Below are positions 1-7,997 of a stretch of 64,000 nucleotides of DNA, in pieces (position 1 is the first letter of the stretch; every line of letters begins with the position of its first letter). This DNA comes from Anaerolineales bacterium (GTDB taxonomy: Bacteria; Chloroflexota; Anaerolineae; Anaerolineales; Villigracilaceae): assembly GCA_014860805.1 (NCBI GenBank), contig JACZJB010000104.1, forward strand, positions 13,075 to 77,074, written 5' to 3'. The notes beneath the pieces were generated by a model, which saw only the letters and a list, made by a program, of their open reading frames with translations, was not told the DNA's origin and ran no database searches. Both the position numbers and the translations under genes were made by a program.

Positions 1-2
1 CT

Positions 3-92
3 CTGGCAACTGCCTTGATCACCAACCCGAAGGTCATCCCCGCCGAGACGCGCAGCAAGCTGGACCTGCTCGTCCGAAAATACCTTGCCTAG
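3..92 (+). CDS. 3' end of a gene entering from the left edge (...LATALITNPKVIPAETRSKLDLLVRKYLA*); product unknown
   Basis: Frame 3 is open from the window edge to TAG at 90-92. Too short to assign a product. Confidence 0.3.
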   Translation: MATALITNPKVIPAETRSKLDLLVRKYLA

Positions 93-134
93 TCTCTCCC
101 CTTTCAATTAATAAAAATGATGTACCATTGAAGC

Positions 135-2540
135 ATGCATGATCTAACACAAAGCCGCCTGCTGCGCTGGTCGGCATTCTTTTTATTGATACAATCCATC
201 ATCCTAACCCTTTCCCCGGCAGTCAGGGAGCGGACCTGGGATGTCGATTACAAAATATCCCACTGGCTGGGTTTTCTGGCATGGGTATTCTTGACCAACC
301 TGCTCCACCGAGTCACGACAAAATATATCCCCGAACGCGACCCATACATTTTACCGGCGGCCGCCCTGTTGACTGGTTGGGGGCTGCTCACCATTTGGCG
401 GCTGGATGAGTCGTTTGGCATCCGCCAAACCGTCTGGCTGGCAATCAGCACGCTCGCTGTGATCCTCGCCATCATCTTCCTAAAAGAGCTAAATTTTCTC
501 AGAAGCTACAAGTATGTTTTTCTGGGCGGCGGCATGCTGATCACTGCCCTTACGTTGATCTTCGGCACCAACCCGCTTGGTTACGGACCCCGCTTATGGC
601 TGGGTTGCTGCGGAGTTTATTTCCAGCCTTCTGAACCGCTTAAGCTGTTACTTGTCATCTACCTGGCGGCATATCTTGCCGACCGTGTAAGTTTTCAATT
701 ATTTTCTTTCCCGCTTCTCGTGCCTACGCTGGTCGTCACTGGATTGGCGCTAACCCTTCTGCTTGTGCAGCGCGACCTTGGCACAGCATCCATCTTCGTC
801 TTCATCTTCACCACATTGATCTTCCTCGCCACAGGCAAGCGGCGGGTTTTGATTAGCGCATCCACTTTTTTGGCGCTGGCGTTATTCCTCGGTTACTTCT
901 TTATCGACATCATCCGCATCCGCATTGTCGGATGGCTTAACCCCTGGAGCGACCCTTCAGGCAACTCCTATCAGATCATTCAATCGATCCTTGCGGTTGC
1001 CAACGGCGGCACCATTGGGCGCGGACTTGGGATCGGAAGTCCATCGCTTGTGCCTGTGGCGATCTCAGATTTTATTTATGCGGCAATTGCAGAAGAAACG
1101 GGGCTCATTGGGACCGTGAGCCTGCTTGCCCTTATCTGGCTGATCCTCGCTCGAGGCTTGATCATCGCCCTGCGCGCCACAGACAGATTCCGCCGTTACC
1201 TTGCCGCGGGCGTGGTCGCGTATCTGGGTATTCAAAGCCTGCTCATCATCGGCGGAAATGTAAGGCTGCTCCCCCTTACAGGTGTGACATTGCCCTTTGT
1301 TTCCTACGGCGGGTCGTCACTCCTCACCTCATTTGCCGCCTTGTTCCTGCTCCTCATCATCAGCAACGTGGAAGACAGCGAGCCGGCAATATTGCAGGAG
1401 CAAAAACCATATTCCATCCTGGCAGGCATCCTTGCGCTGGGAATGGCTGCCGTGGCGTTCAGCACAGCCTGGTGGTCGGTCATCCGCGCGCCTGACCTGT
1501 TGTTGCGAACAGATAACCCCCGCCGCGCCATAGCAGACAGATATGTTCAACGCGGCGAATTATTGGATAGAAACAACCAGCCCATCAACGTCACGGAAGG
1601 ACAAAGCGGTTCCTATCAAAGAATTTATCTATATCCCAGCCTCGCGCCAGTAACTGGCTATACGCAGCCAGTCTATGGACAAGCTGGGCTGGAAGCCTCA
1701 CTGGATAATTACCTGCGCGGATTGCAGGGAAACCCATCCAGCTTGATTCTGTGGAATGAAATGATCTACGGCACCCCCCCAGCAGGATTGGATGTGAGGC
1801 TGAGCGTTGACCTTGGTTTGCAAGCCAAAGCGGATCAATTGCTGGAAGGAAATTCTGGCGCGATCATTTTGATGAACGCAGAGACTGGCGAGATTCTGGT
1901 GATGGCATCTCACCCAACCTATGACCCCAACAACCTGGAGGCGGAAGGTGAAACTCTTTCGCAAGACGAATCGGCGCCTTTGCTCAACCGCGCCACGCAA
2001 GGTTTGTACCCAATCGGGTCGGCACTGCTTCCGTTAATTCAGGCGGAGTTTGGGGCGCAGAAACCCTCTGAAGCAGAATTGCAAAGGCTGTACGAGAAAC
2101 TCGGCTTGCTTCAAAGCCCTGCGATCAATATGCCCCTTACCGCTCCGCAAGATATGAAAGTGAGTCCGCTGCAGATGAGCATTGCCGCCGCCGCACTGAG
2201 CTACAAAGGGATCATCCCCTCCCCGCGCATCGCCACAGCCGTCAACACGCCGGAGCAGGGCTGGGTGGTGCTGCCAGCCTTAGGCCAGCCTGTGGAGGTG
2301 ATGCAGGAATCGGCGGCGAAGGAAGCGGCATCTTCCCTCATGAAGACAGGCAAGCCGTATTGGAGTCACACCGGGCAGGCAAGCGTTGACGATACTAGGG
2401 TCACGTGGCTGCTGGCGGGAACCCCGCCTGACTGGAGAGGCACGCCCCTGGTGTTGATCGTGGCGCTGGAAGACCTCGACACGGCTCTGGCGGAAAGCAT
2501 CGGGGAAAATCTTCTAAACGCGGCAGGGCTAAGCCAATAG
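135..2540 (+). CDS. SEDS glycosyltransferase (FtsW/RodA family) fused to a class-B PBP-like C-terminal domain
   Basis: The multi-TM N-terminal half has SEDS signatures (SDFIYAAIAEETG, PLTGVTLPFVSYGGSS). The C-terminal half has bPBP-like blocks (ILVMASHPTYDPN, LLNRATQGLYPIGS, VSPLQM, KTG). Confidence 0.85.
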   Translation: MHDLTQSRLLRWSAFFLLIQSIILTLSPAVRERTWDVDYKISHWLGFLAWVFLTNLLHRVTTKYIPERDPYILPAAALLTGWGLLTIWRLDESFGIRQTVWLAISTLAVILAIIFLKELNFLRSYKYVFLGGGMLITALTLIFGTNPLGYGPRLWLGCCGVYFQPSEPLKLLLVIYLAAYLADRVSFQLFSFPLLVPTLVVTGLALTLLLVQRDLGTASIFVFIFTTLIFLATGKRRVLISASTFLALALFLGYFFIDIIRIRIVGWLNPWSDPSGNSYQIIQSILAVANGGTIGRGLGIGSPSLVPVAISDFIYAAIAEETGLIGTVSLLALIWLILARGLIIALRATDRFRRYLAAGVVAYLGIQSLLIIGGNVRLLPLTGVTLPFVSYGGSSLLTSFAALFLLLIISNVEDSEPAILQEQKPYSILAGILALGMAAVAFSTAWWSVIRAPDLLLRTDNPRRAIADRYVQRGELLDRNNQPINVTEGQSGSYQRIYLYPSLAPVTGYTQPVYGQAGLEASLDNYLRGLQGNPSSLILWNEMIYGTPPAGLDVRLSVDLGLQAKADQLLEGNSGAIILMNAETGEILVMASHPTYDPNNLEAEGETLSQDESAPLLNRATQGLYPIGSALLPLIQAEFGAQKPSEAELQRLYEKLGLLQSPAINMPLTAPQDMKVSPLQMSIAAAALSYKGIIPSPRIATAVNTPEQGWVVLPALGQPVEVMQESAAKEAASSLMKTGKPYWSHTGQASVDDTRVTWLLAGTPPDWRGTPLVLIVALEDLDTALAESIGENLLNAAGLSQ

Positions 2541-2545
2541 GAATC

Positions 2546-2578
2546 AAAAAAGGTCAGGCAGTGAGCCTGACCTTTTTA
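2546..2578. terminator. bidirectional intrinsic terminator between the convergent SEDS-PBP and ferredoxin genes
   Basis: 9-bp stem AGGTCAGGC (2551-2559) pairs with GCCTGACCT (2565-2573). An A-run lies upstream and a T-run downstream. Confidence 0.7.
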
Positions 2579-2588
2579 TTATTTTATT

Positions 2589-3002
2589 TTACGAACCCTG
2601 ATCGCTGTCTTTGGCGCCGTAACCTGGACCGCTCTTGAAGAACTCGTAATTGGGCTGAACATCTGCGGTGAGATCCACAACTTCACCAGCCGCAAGCTGT
2701 TTGGTGGTTTCCAAAACGACAGGCTTGCCGTGATGGTTGGTGCCTTCATAGTGGCCGGTAAGACCAACCTTGCTGATGTATTCGCCGCCCTTGGCAGTGT
2801 AGGCAGCAGGGACTTCGTCTTCGGGGAAGATGGCGGAATACGGGCATTCCGGCACGCAGGCGCCGCAATCGATGCAGGTGTCGGGGTCAATGTACATCCA
2901 GGGCCATTCTGCCACAGGCTGGCCGGGGACGATACACTCGACGGGGCACACTTCGATACAACCACGGTCACGAATGCACAAGCTGGTAATAATATGGGTC
3001 AT
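2589..3002 (-). CDS. ferredoxin family protein (Fe-S cluster binding, 7Fe-like motif layout)
   Basis: Motifs CIRDRGCIEVCP and CIDCGACVPECP. Starts with MTHIITSLC. Confidence 0.85.
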   Translation of the reverse strand: MTHIITSLCIRDRGCIEVCPVECIVPGQPVAEWPWMYIDPDTCIDCGACVPECPYSAIFPEDEVPAAYTAKGGEYISKVGLTGHYEGTNHHGKPVVLETTKQLAAGEVVDLTADVQPNYEFFKSGPGYGAKDSDQGS

Positions 3003-3092
3003 GGGATTTTTTCTCCTTTTGGGATAATAAACAACGTATTATAACTATTATAACTTTGTTTGTACTTGTGACAAGGGCGTGGTTCTTAAAAT

Positions 3093-3124
3093 AAAATCCC
3101 CTGCAGAAAATTGCAGGGGATTTT
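3093..3124 (-). terminator. intrinsic terminator downstream of SOD
   Basis: Stem TCCCCTGCA (3097-3105) pairs with TGCAGGGGA (3112-3120). A and T runs on both sides. Confidence 0.6.
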
Positions 3125-3232
3125 ATTTGGGATGTAGTAAAAAGCAGAGCGAAGAAGAAACTCAATTGCAAAGATATGGGTCAGCAGAAAGAGGAGATTC
3201 TTCGCTCCTGTGGTCGCTCAGAATGACATATC

Positions 3233-3838
3233 CTACTTTGCGGCGAATTTATCCGCAACGGCATCCCAGTTGATCACATTCCAGAAGGCGGTGATGTAAT
3301 CGGGGCGGCGGTTCTGATAGTTCAGGTAATACGCGTGTTCCCAGACGTCGATGCCCATGATGGGAGTTAATCCATCGGAGAGCGGGCTGTCTTGATTGGC
3401 AGTGGAGACAACAGCCAGGCCGCTGCCCTTCTTGACGAGCCAGGCCCAGCCTGAGCCGAAGCGGGTTGTGGCGGCTGTCGTGAATTCCGCTTTGAAGTTG
3501 TCGAACGACTTGAAGGAAGCATCGATGGCTTTGGCGAGTTCGCCCTTGGGAGCGCCGCCAGCCTTGGGTCCCATGATCTCCCAGAAGAGGTTGTGGTTGT
3601 AGGTGCCGCCGCCGTGATTCCGAACCACATTGCGAACGCCTTCAGGGGCGGCGTTCAGGTTGGCAAGCATTTCGACGAGGGATTTGCCAGCCAGTTCGGG
3701 GGTTTTCTCTACGGCGCCGTTCAGGTTGGTGATATATGCCTGGTGGTGCTTGGTGTGGTGGATCTCCATTGTGCGCGCGTCGATGTGGGGTTCCAACGCG
3801 TCGTATGTATAAGCAAGCTTGGGAAGTTCAAATGCCAT
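3233..3838 (-). CDS. sod: Fe/Mn superoxide dismutase
   Basis: [32 protein letters not shown] ... DVWEHAYY. I chose the internal ATG at 3838, which is preceded by AAGGAGAG. The longer ORF to 4000 reads through repeat DNA. Confidence 0.93.
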   Translation of the reverse strand: MAFELPKLAYTYDALEPHIDARTMEIHHTKHHQAYITNLNGAVEKTPELAGKSLVEMLANLNAAPEGVRNVVRNHGGGTYNHNLFWEIMGPKAGGAPKGELAKAIDASFKSFDNFKAEFTTAATTRFGSGWAWLVKKGSGLAVVSTANQDSPLSDGLTPIMGIDVWEHAYYLNYQNRRPDYITAFWNVINWDAVADKFAAK

Positions 3839-4036
3839 GGTATCTCTCCTTGAGTGGTTGTATGAAATGGTGAAACTATATTCGGGCCGAAACCCGAGAC
3901 CCTTCCCCCTACGGGGACGATGCGCCCGCTCAGGGTGACATATAAAGGATATATAATTGATTTTACTCCCTAACTTGTGCGCTTGCAAGAAATTAGACAA
4001 TTATTATACAAATATCATATAAATCAAGGACAGTGC

Positions 4037-4960
4037 ATGAACGAGACCCGCGCCCGCCTCTTTTTACCGTTCGCCATTCTGATTGCCATCCTCGCGGTCT
4101 CCACCGCGAGCATTTTTATCCGCTATGCGCAAAGCGACGGAGCGCCGTCCCTTGTAATAGCAGCCTTGAGATTGACTTTCGCCTCCTTGATATTGACTCC
4201 GCTTGCACTGACGAAGCACCGCGACGAGATCAAGCGCTTCACACAGACCGAGATGCTGCTCGGCGCTGGCTCGGGCATTTTCCTGGCTGTTCATTTCGCC
4301 ACGTGGATCACTTCGCTTGAATACACCAGCGTAGCCAGTTCGGTGGTGTTCGTCGCCACAGGTCCGCTGTGGGTGGCGCTGCTTTCGCCGATGCTGTTGA
4401 AGGAGCACCTGGCGCGGATGGCGGTGATCGGGTTGGCGCTGTCCATCGTCGGCGGGGCAATTATCGGCTTGTCTGATGCGTGCACGTGGACGGGCGGCTT
4501 CACTTGCCCTGCCCTGGGTGACATCCTGCAGGGACGCGCGGCGTGGGGCAACTTCCTCGCGCTGGCTGGCGCCTGGGCTGTGACGGGGTATCTGATCATC
4601 GGCAGGAAGCTGCGAGCTGGCATGTCGCTGGTGCCGTACATCTTTTTGGTGTACGGCATGGCTTCGATTGCGCTGATCGTGATCATGTTCCTTTCGGGAA
4701 ATACGCCGTTCGGATACGCGCCGAAAACCTACGGGTGGATATTGCTGCTGGCTGTTCTGCCGCAACTGGTGGGGCACTCCACGTATAACTGGGCGTTGAA
4801 GTATCTGCCCGCCGCGCTGGTAGCTGTGACGACGCTTGGCGAGCCGATCGGGTCGGCGGTGCTGGCGTTCTTCCTGTTGAATGAAACACCTGCGGTCACC
4901 ACCATCATTGGCGGGGTGTTGATCCTGGCGGGGATCTATCTGGCTTCGAGAAGTAAATAG
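4037..4960 (+). CDS. EamA/DMT-family transporter (10 TM)
   Basis: Two EamA-like halves, hydrophobic throughout. ATG at 4037 follows AAGGA. Confidence 0.8.
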   Translation: MNETRARLFLPFAILIAILAVSTASIFIRYAQSDGAPSLVIAALRLTFASLILTPLALTKHRDEIKRFTQTEMLLGAGSGIFLAVHFATWITSLEYTSVASSVVFVATGPLWVALLSPMLLKEHLARMAVIGLALSIVGGAIIGLSDACTWTGGFTCPALGDILQGRAAWGNFLALAGAWAVTGYLIIGRKLRAGMSLVPYIFLVYGMASIALIVIMFLSGNTPFGYAPKTYGWILLLAVLPQLVGHSTYNWALKYLPAALVAVTTLGEPIGSAVLAFFLLNETPAVTTIIGGVLILAGIYLASRSK

Positions 4961-4980
4961 CCTGATAACATGCATGAGAT

Positions 4981-5170
4981 TGCTTATATACCCTGCGGGT
5001 ACGATGTCGCCTACGGCTCCCACTCGCTGCGCTCGGGGACTGTGTCGCAATGACACGCCCTTCGACTGCCACTTCGCCTTCGCTCAGTGTCCGCTCACAT
5101 CGTCCCGACACTTGCGCTGTACGCCAGTGCGGTGTGTCCTTCGACTTCGCTCCGCTCCGCTCAGGACGGA
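4981..5170. repeat. intergenic cluster of REP-like modules (CCCTGCGGGTACGATG hairpin, TCGCAATGACAC, and two CTTCGAC..CGCTC..CGCTCAG units)
   Basis: The same modules recur at 6175-6300, 6856-6927 and 3905-3922, and inside the attC-like elements. Confidence 0.7.
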
Positions 5171-5179
5171 ATTAAATTA

Positions 5180-5650
5180 ATGGTCATTATCATCATGGGC
5201 GTTTCAGGGTCTGGGAAGAGCACAGTCGGCTCGCGGCTGGCTGAGGAGTTGGGCTGGGTATTTTACGATGCTGATGACTTCCATAACGAAGCGAACCGTG
5301 AAAAGATGTCGCGAGGCATCCCATTGACAGACGAAGACCGCGCGGCATGGCTGGCAGCGCTGCGGGAATTGATCCAAAAGAACGAGCCGTGCGTGCTGGC
5401 CTGCTCGGCGTTGAAGGAATCCTACCGCGCAACCTTGAGGGTGAACGAGCGGGTGCAATTCGTTTACCTGAAAGGCAGTTACGCCGAGATCGAAGCGCGC
5501 ATGCAGAGCCGCGCAGGGCATTTTATGCCAGTACAATTATTGAAAAGCCAATTCGAGACCCTCGAAGAACCAGGGGACGCGCTGACAGTGAAAATCACCC
5601 AGCCGCTGAAAGACATCATCCAACTCATTCGGAAAGGACTAGCATTATGA
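5180..5650 (+). CDS. gntK: gluconokinase (GntK/IdnK family P-loop kinase)
   Basis: MVIIIMGVSGSGKSTVGSRLAEELGWVFYDADDFH. The longer ORF start at 5087 reads through repeat DNA. Confidence 0.8.
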   Translation: MVIIIMGVSGSGKSTVGSRLAEELGWVFYDADDFHNEANREKMSRGIPLTDEDRAAWLAALRELIQKNEPCVLACSALKESYRATLRVNERVQFVYLKGSYAEIEARMQSRAGHFMPVQLLKSQFETLEEPGDALTVKITQPLKDIIQLIRKGLAL

Positions 5651-6123
5651 AACTCCCTGCTCATTTGTATCTCGACACACACAACATCCCGTATGAGGCG
5701 CGCAGTTTTTCGCCAGAGACGGAAAAAGGGGCGGCGAACGTGGCGCACGCGCTCGGGTTTTCGGAGCGGCAGGCTGTCAAGACCTTGATCTTTCAGGTGG
5801 ATACGGGAGAACGGGTGCTGGTGATGCTGGGCGGCGACCAGAATGCGATCTCTGGGAATTTGAAGAAGGCAATCGGTTCGCGCAACATTCAAATGGCGAA
5901 GCCCGAAGCGGTGCTGGAGACGACGGGATATGTGATCGGTTCGATCCCCGCCTTTGGCTGGCAGCCAGACGGATTCCGATCCTTCCTTGAGGCAAGTTTA
6001 ATGAACGAGCCGCTGCTGGGCACGGGGGCGGGGCAATGGGGCGAGGAGATCATGATCACGCCTGAGAATTTGGTGCGGGCGAGCAAGGCGATCGTGGTGA
6101 ATTTGACGGTGAAGGCGGATTGA
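5647..6123 (+). CDS. ybaK: YbaK/EbsC-type aminoacyl-tRNA editing (deacylase) domain protein
   Basis: MKLPAHLYLDTHNIPYEARSF ... TGYVIGSIPAFG. ATGA start/stop overlap with gntK. Confidence 0.8.
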   Translation: MKLPAHLYLDTHNIPYEARSFSPETEKGAANVAHALGFSERQAVKTLIFQVDTGERVLVMLGGDQNAISGNLKKAIGSRNIQMAKPEAVLETTGYVIGSIPAFGWQPDGFRSFLEASLMNEPLLGTGAGQWGEEIMITPENLVRASKAIVVNLTVKAD

Positions 6124-6173
6124 TTTTAGATTTTAGATTGGGGGATTTTAGATTGCGGATTAGGGATTGGGGG
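6122..6173. repeat. tandem heptamer microrepeat (GATTTTA/GATTGGG variants, about 7 units)
   Basis: Read directly: gattttagattttagattgggggattttagattgcggattagggattgggg. Confidence 0.8.
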
Positions 6174-6174
6174 G

Positions 6175-6300
6175 TCCTTCGACTTCGCTTCGCTCCGCTC
6201 AGGATGAAGTTGCTTATACCCTGCGGGTACGATGCCCTGCGGGGGAGATTGCTTCACCGCCAACGAACAAAAGCGGCGGTTCGCAACGACATGGCGCAGC
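6175..6300. repeat. REP-like module cluster (TCCTTCGACTTCGCTTCGCTCCGCTCAGGAT, GCTTATACCCTGCGGGTACGATG, TTCGCAACGACAT)
   Basis: Near-identical modules at 4981-5170. The TCGCAACGACAT module recurs at 50478-50507 and, inverted, near 22858-22875. Confidence 0.7.
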
Positions 6301-6538
6301 GACATTGAAGGATCAGTGGTAGTATACTGGAGGAGTACTGGATCAGTGATACAGACAGGATACAGCTAGGATACAGCCAGGATATAGACAGAGTAGATTA
6401 GGGCTAGGTCAGAAGCGGAGCTACCCTATAAAGTCTGTATGGAAATTAGGAGCATGTCAGTCTTCCGAGAGAGCATGGGGATGGTGTCGGCGCCGCCGCG
6501 CTGCTAAGGAGGACATGCCAAAGATTGGAGAATAAACC

Positions 6539-7144
6539 ATGGCAAAAGTGCGTTCGAATGTGCTGGTGAGGGGCTTGAGCGGGAAGTTAGGCGATCAGGT
6601 GGTGTTCCGCAATTTACGGGATGGCAGCACCGTGGTATGCGTGCCGCCCGATTTCAGCAAGAGGAAATTGAGCAAGGATCAGAAGACGCACCATGCCAAA
6701 TTCAAGGAAGCGGCGGCGTATGCGCGGGATGCGGCAAAGAGCCAGCCCATTTACGCCGAATTGGCGATTGGGACGACGAAGAATGCGTACAACATCGCGC
6801 TCTCGGACTGGTTCCATGCGCCGAGAATCCAGCGTGTGGAGCTGACGGAGGGCGGTCCTTCGACTTCGCTCCGCTCCACTCAGGATTCGGCTTCGCTCCG
6901 CTCCGCTCAGGATTCGACCTCGCTCACAATCCGCGTTTACGCCACTGACAATGTGAAGGTGGCGGGCGTGAAAGTGATCCTGCGGAGTGAAGCTGGGCTG
7001 GTTTTGGAACAGGGCGAGGCTCTGCCCGCCGAGGAAGCCTGGTGGAGCTATACGCCGCAGACGGTTTTGGAGGGCAAGCTCAAGGTAGAGATCAGGGCGA
7101 GTGACCTGGCTGGGAATGTGACTACAATCAATAAGGACGTATAA
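6539..7144 (+). CDS. hypothetical protein with a C-terminal Ig-like/beta-sandwich region; carries an in-frame REP-derived insert
   Basis: Good RBS context. The C-terminus (IRVYATDNVKVAGVKVIL...KVEIRASDLAGNVTT) looks like a bacterial Ig-like fold. The middle encodes GPSTSLRSTQDSASLRSAQDSTSLT from repeat DNA. Confidence 0.6.
   Translation: MAKVRSNVLVRGLSGKLGDQVVFRNLRDGSTVVCVPPDFSKRKLSKDQKTHHAKFKEAAAYARDAAKSQPIYAELAIGTTKNAYNIALSDWFHAPRIQRVELTEGGPSTSLRSTQDSASLRSAQDSTSLTIRVYATDNVKVAGVKVILRSEAGLVLEQGEALPAEEAWWSYTPQTVLEGKLKVEIRASDLAGNVTTINKDV
6856..6927 (+). repeat. 2.5 tandem copies of the CTTCGCTCCGCTC(C/A)(G/C)CTCAGGAT repeat inside a CDS
   Basis: Same unit as the intergenic copies at 5137-5167 and 6175-6205. 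Confidence 0.85.
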
Positions 7145-7190
7145 GCCCGATGAGGGCACTCTTCTCTTCAGTCAACAAAGGAGCAGGATC

Positions 7191-7751
7191 ATGTCAGATG
7201 AACAGCAAATGAGAAAGGTTGTTTTCGCAATCAACATCACGATAGACGGCTACTGCGGCCATGAAACGGGGATAGTCGACGACGAGTTGCACGAGTACTT
7301 CACCGAACTCTTGCGTGATTCAGGGGTTGAAATTTTCGGACGCAACACGTATCACTTGATGTATCCGTACTGGCACGATGTGGCCGTGAATCAATCGGAA
7401 ACGAAAGTGACCAACGAATTCGCACGTATATTCGATTCGATGCCAAAGATCGTCTTTTCAACGACGTTGAAGAGCGTAGAGTGGAACAACACGACGCTGC
7501 TCCATTCCAATCTTCGAGAAGAGATCGTGAAGTTAAAACAACAGCCAGGGAAGAATATTTCGATCGGCGGGCTGAATATCGCGGGGCAAGTCGCGCAATG
7601 GGACCTCATCGACGAGTATCACTTTGTGGTTCATCCGATCCTTGCGGGAAAAGGTCCCCGCCTGTTCGAAACGGACAGAATCCGTACATTGAAACTTGTC
7701 AGCTCGAAAGTGTTTCGTTCGGGGGTTGTCGCATTACATTATGAGAAATAA
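7191..7751 (+). CDS. dihydrofolate-reductase-like protein (RibD C-terminal domain family)
   Basis: KVVFAINITIDGY, FGRNTY, ISIGGLNIAGQ, YHFVVHPILAGKGPRLF. Confidence 0.75.
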   Translation: MSDEQQMRKVVFAINITIDGYCGHETGIVDDELHEYFTELLRDSGVEIFGRNTYHLMYPYWHDVAVNQSETKVTNEFARIFDSMPKIVFSTTLKSVEWNNTTLLHSNLREEIVKLKQQPGKNISIGGLNIAGQVAQWDLIDEYHFVVHPILAGKGPRLFETDRIRTLKLVSSKVFRSGVVALHYEK

Positions 7752-7997
7752 TCCTTTGTGAAGACCAAGGGAACATGGCGACAGTTTGCATGTTGACCTG
7801 CGAGGGGAGTGAAGTATATAATTTATTTATCCTGTGGTGGTCTTTGGGCGTTTCCCCTACGGGGATGATATAGTTGGTGACCGTCTATAAGCAGTTAGTT
7901 GGAAATGACAGTCTAAACGCTAGTTGGGCGGCTTCGCTAAACACACTTTACAGTTAAGAAATAAAAAAGATAACGCAAATAAATCTGTGTAGTGAAC

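Noticed and set aside
4064-5056. 330-aa ORF on the minus strand
   Set aside because: It is antisense to the well-supported EamA transporter gene. The product is Arg/His/Gln-rich low complexity, as expected from a GC-rich shadow frame.
6122-6173. Telomere-like TTAGGG units
   Set aside because: There are only one or two degenerate units embedded in a heptamer microrepeat in the middle of a bacterial gene-dense region. There is no evidence of a chromosome end.
6505-6531. 6-codon mini-ORF (MPKIGE) with a strong AAGGAGG RBS just upstream of ORF 6539
   Set aside because: It is too short to support as a gene. It may be coincidental or a leader peptide, and there is no further evidence.
7752-7997. 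Search for an integron integrase, attI or Pc at the left edge of the cassette array, and for any transposase or IS in the window
   Set aside because: No ORF in any frame shows tyrosine-recombinase or transposase motifs. Only a lone GTTGGGC core (7923) and a mini-hairpin are present, so I call the array integrase-less rather than a complete integron.
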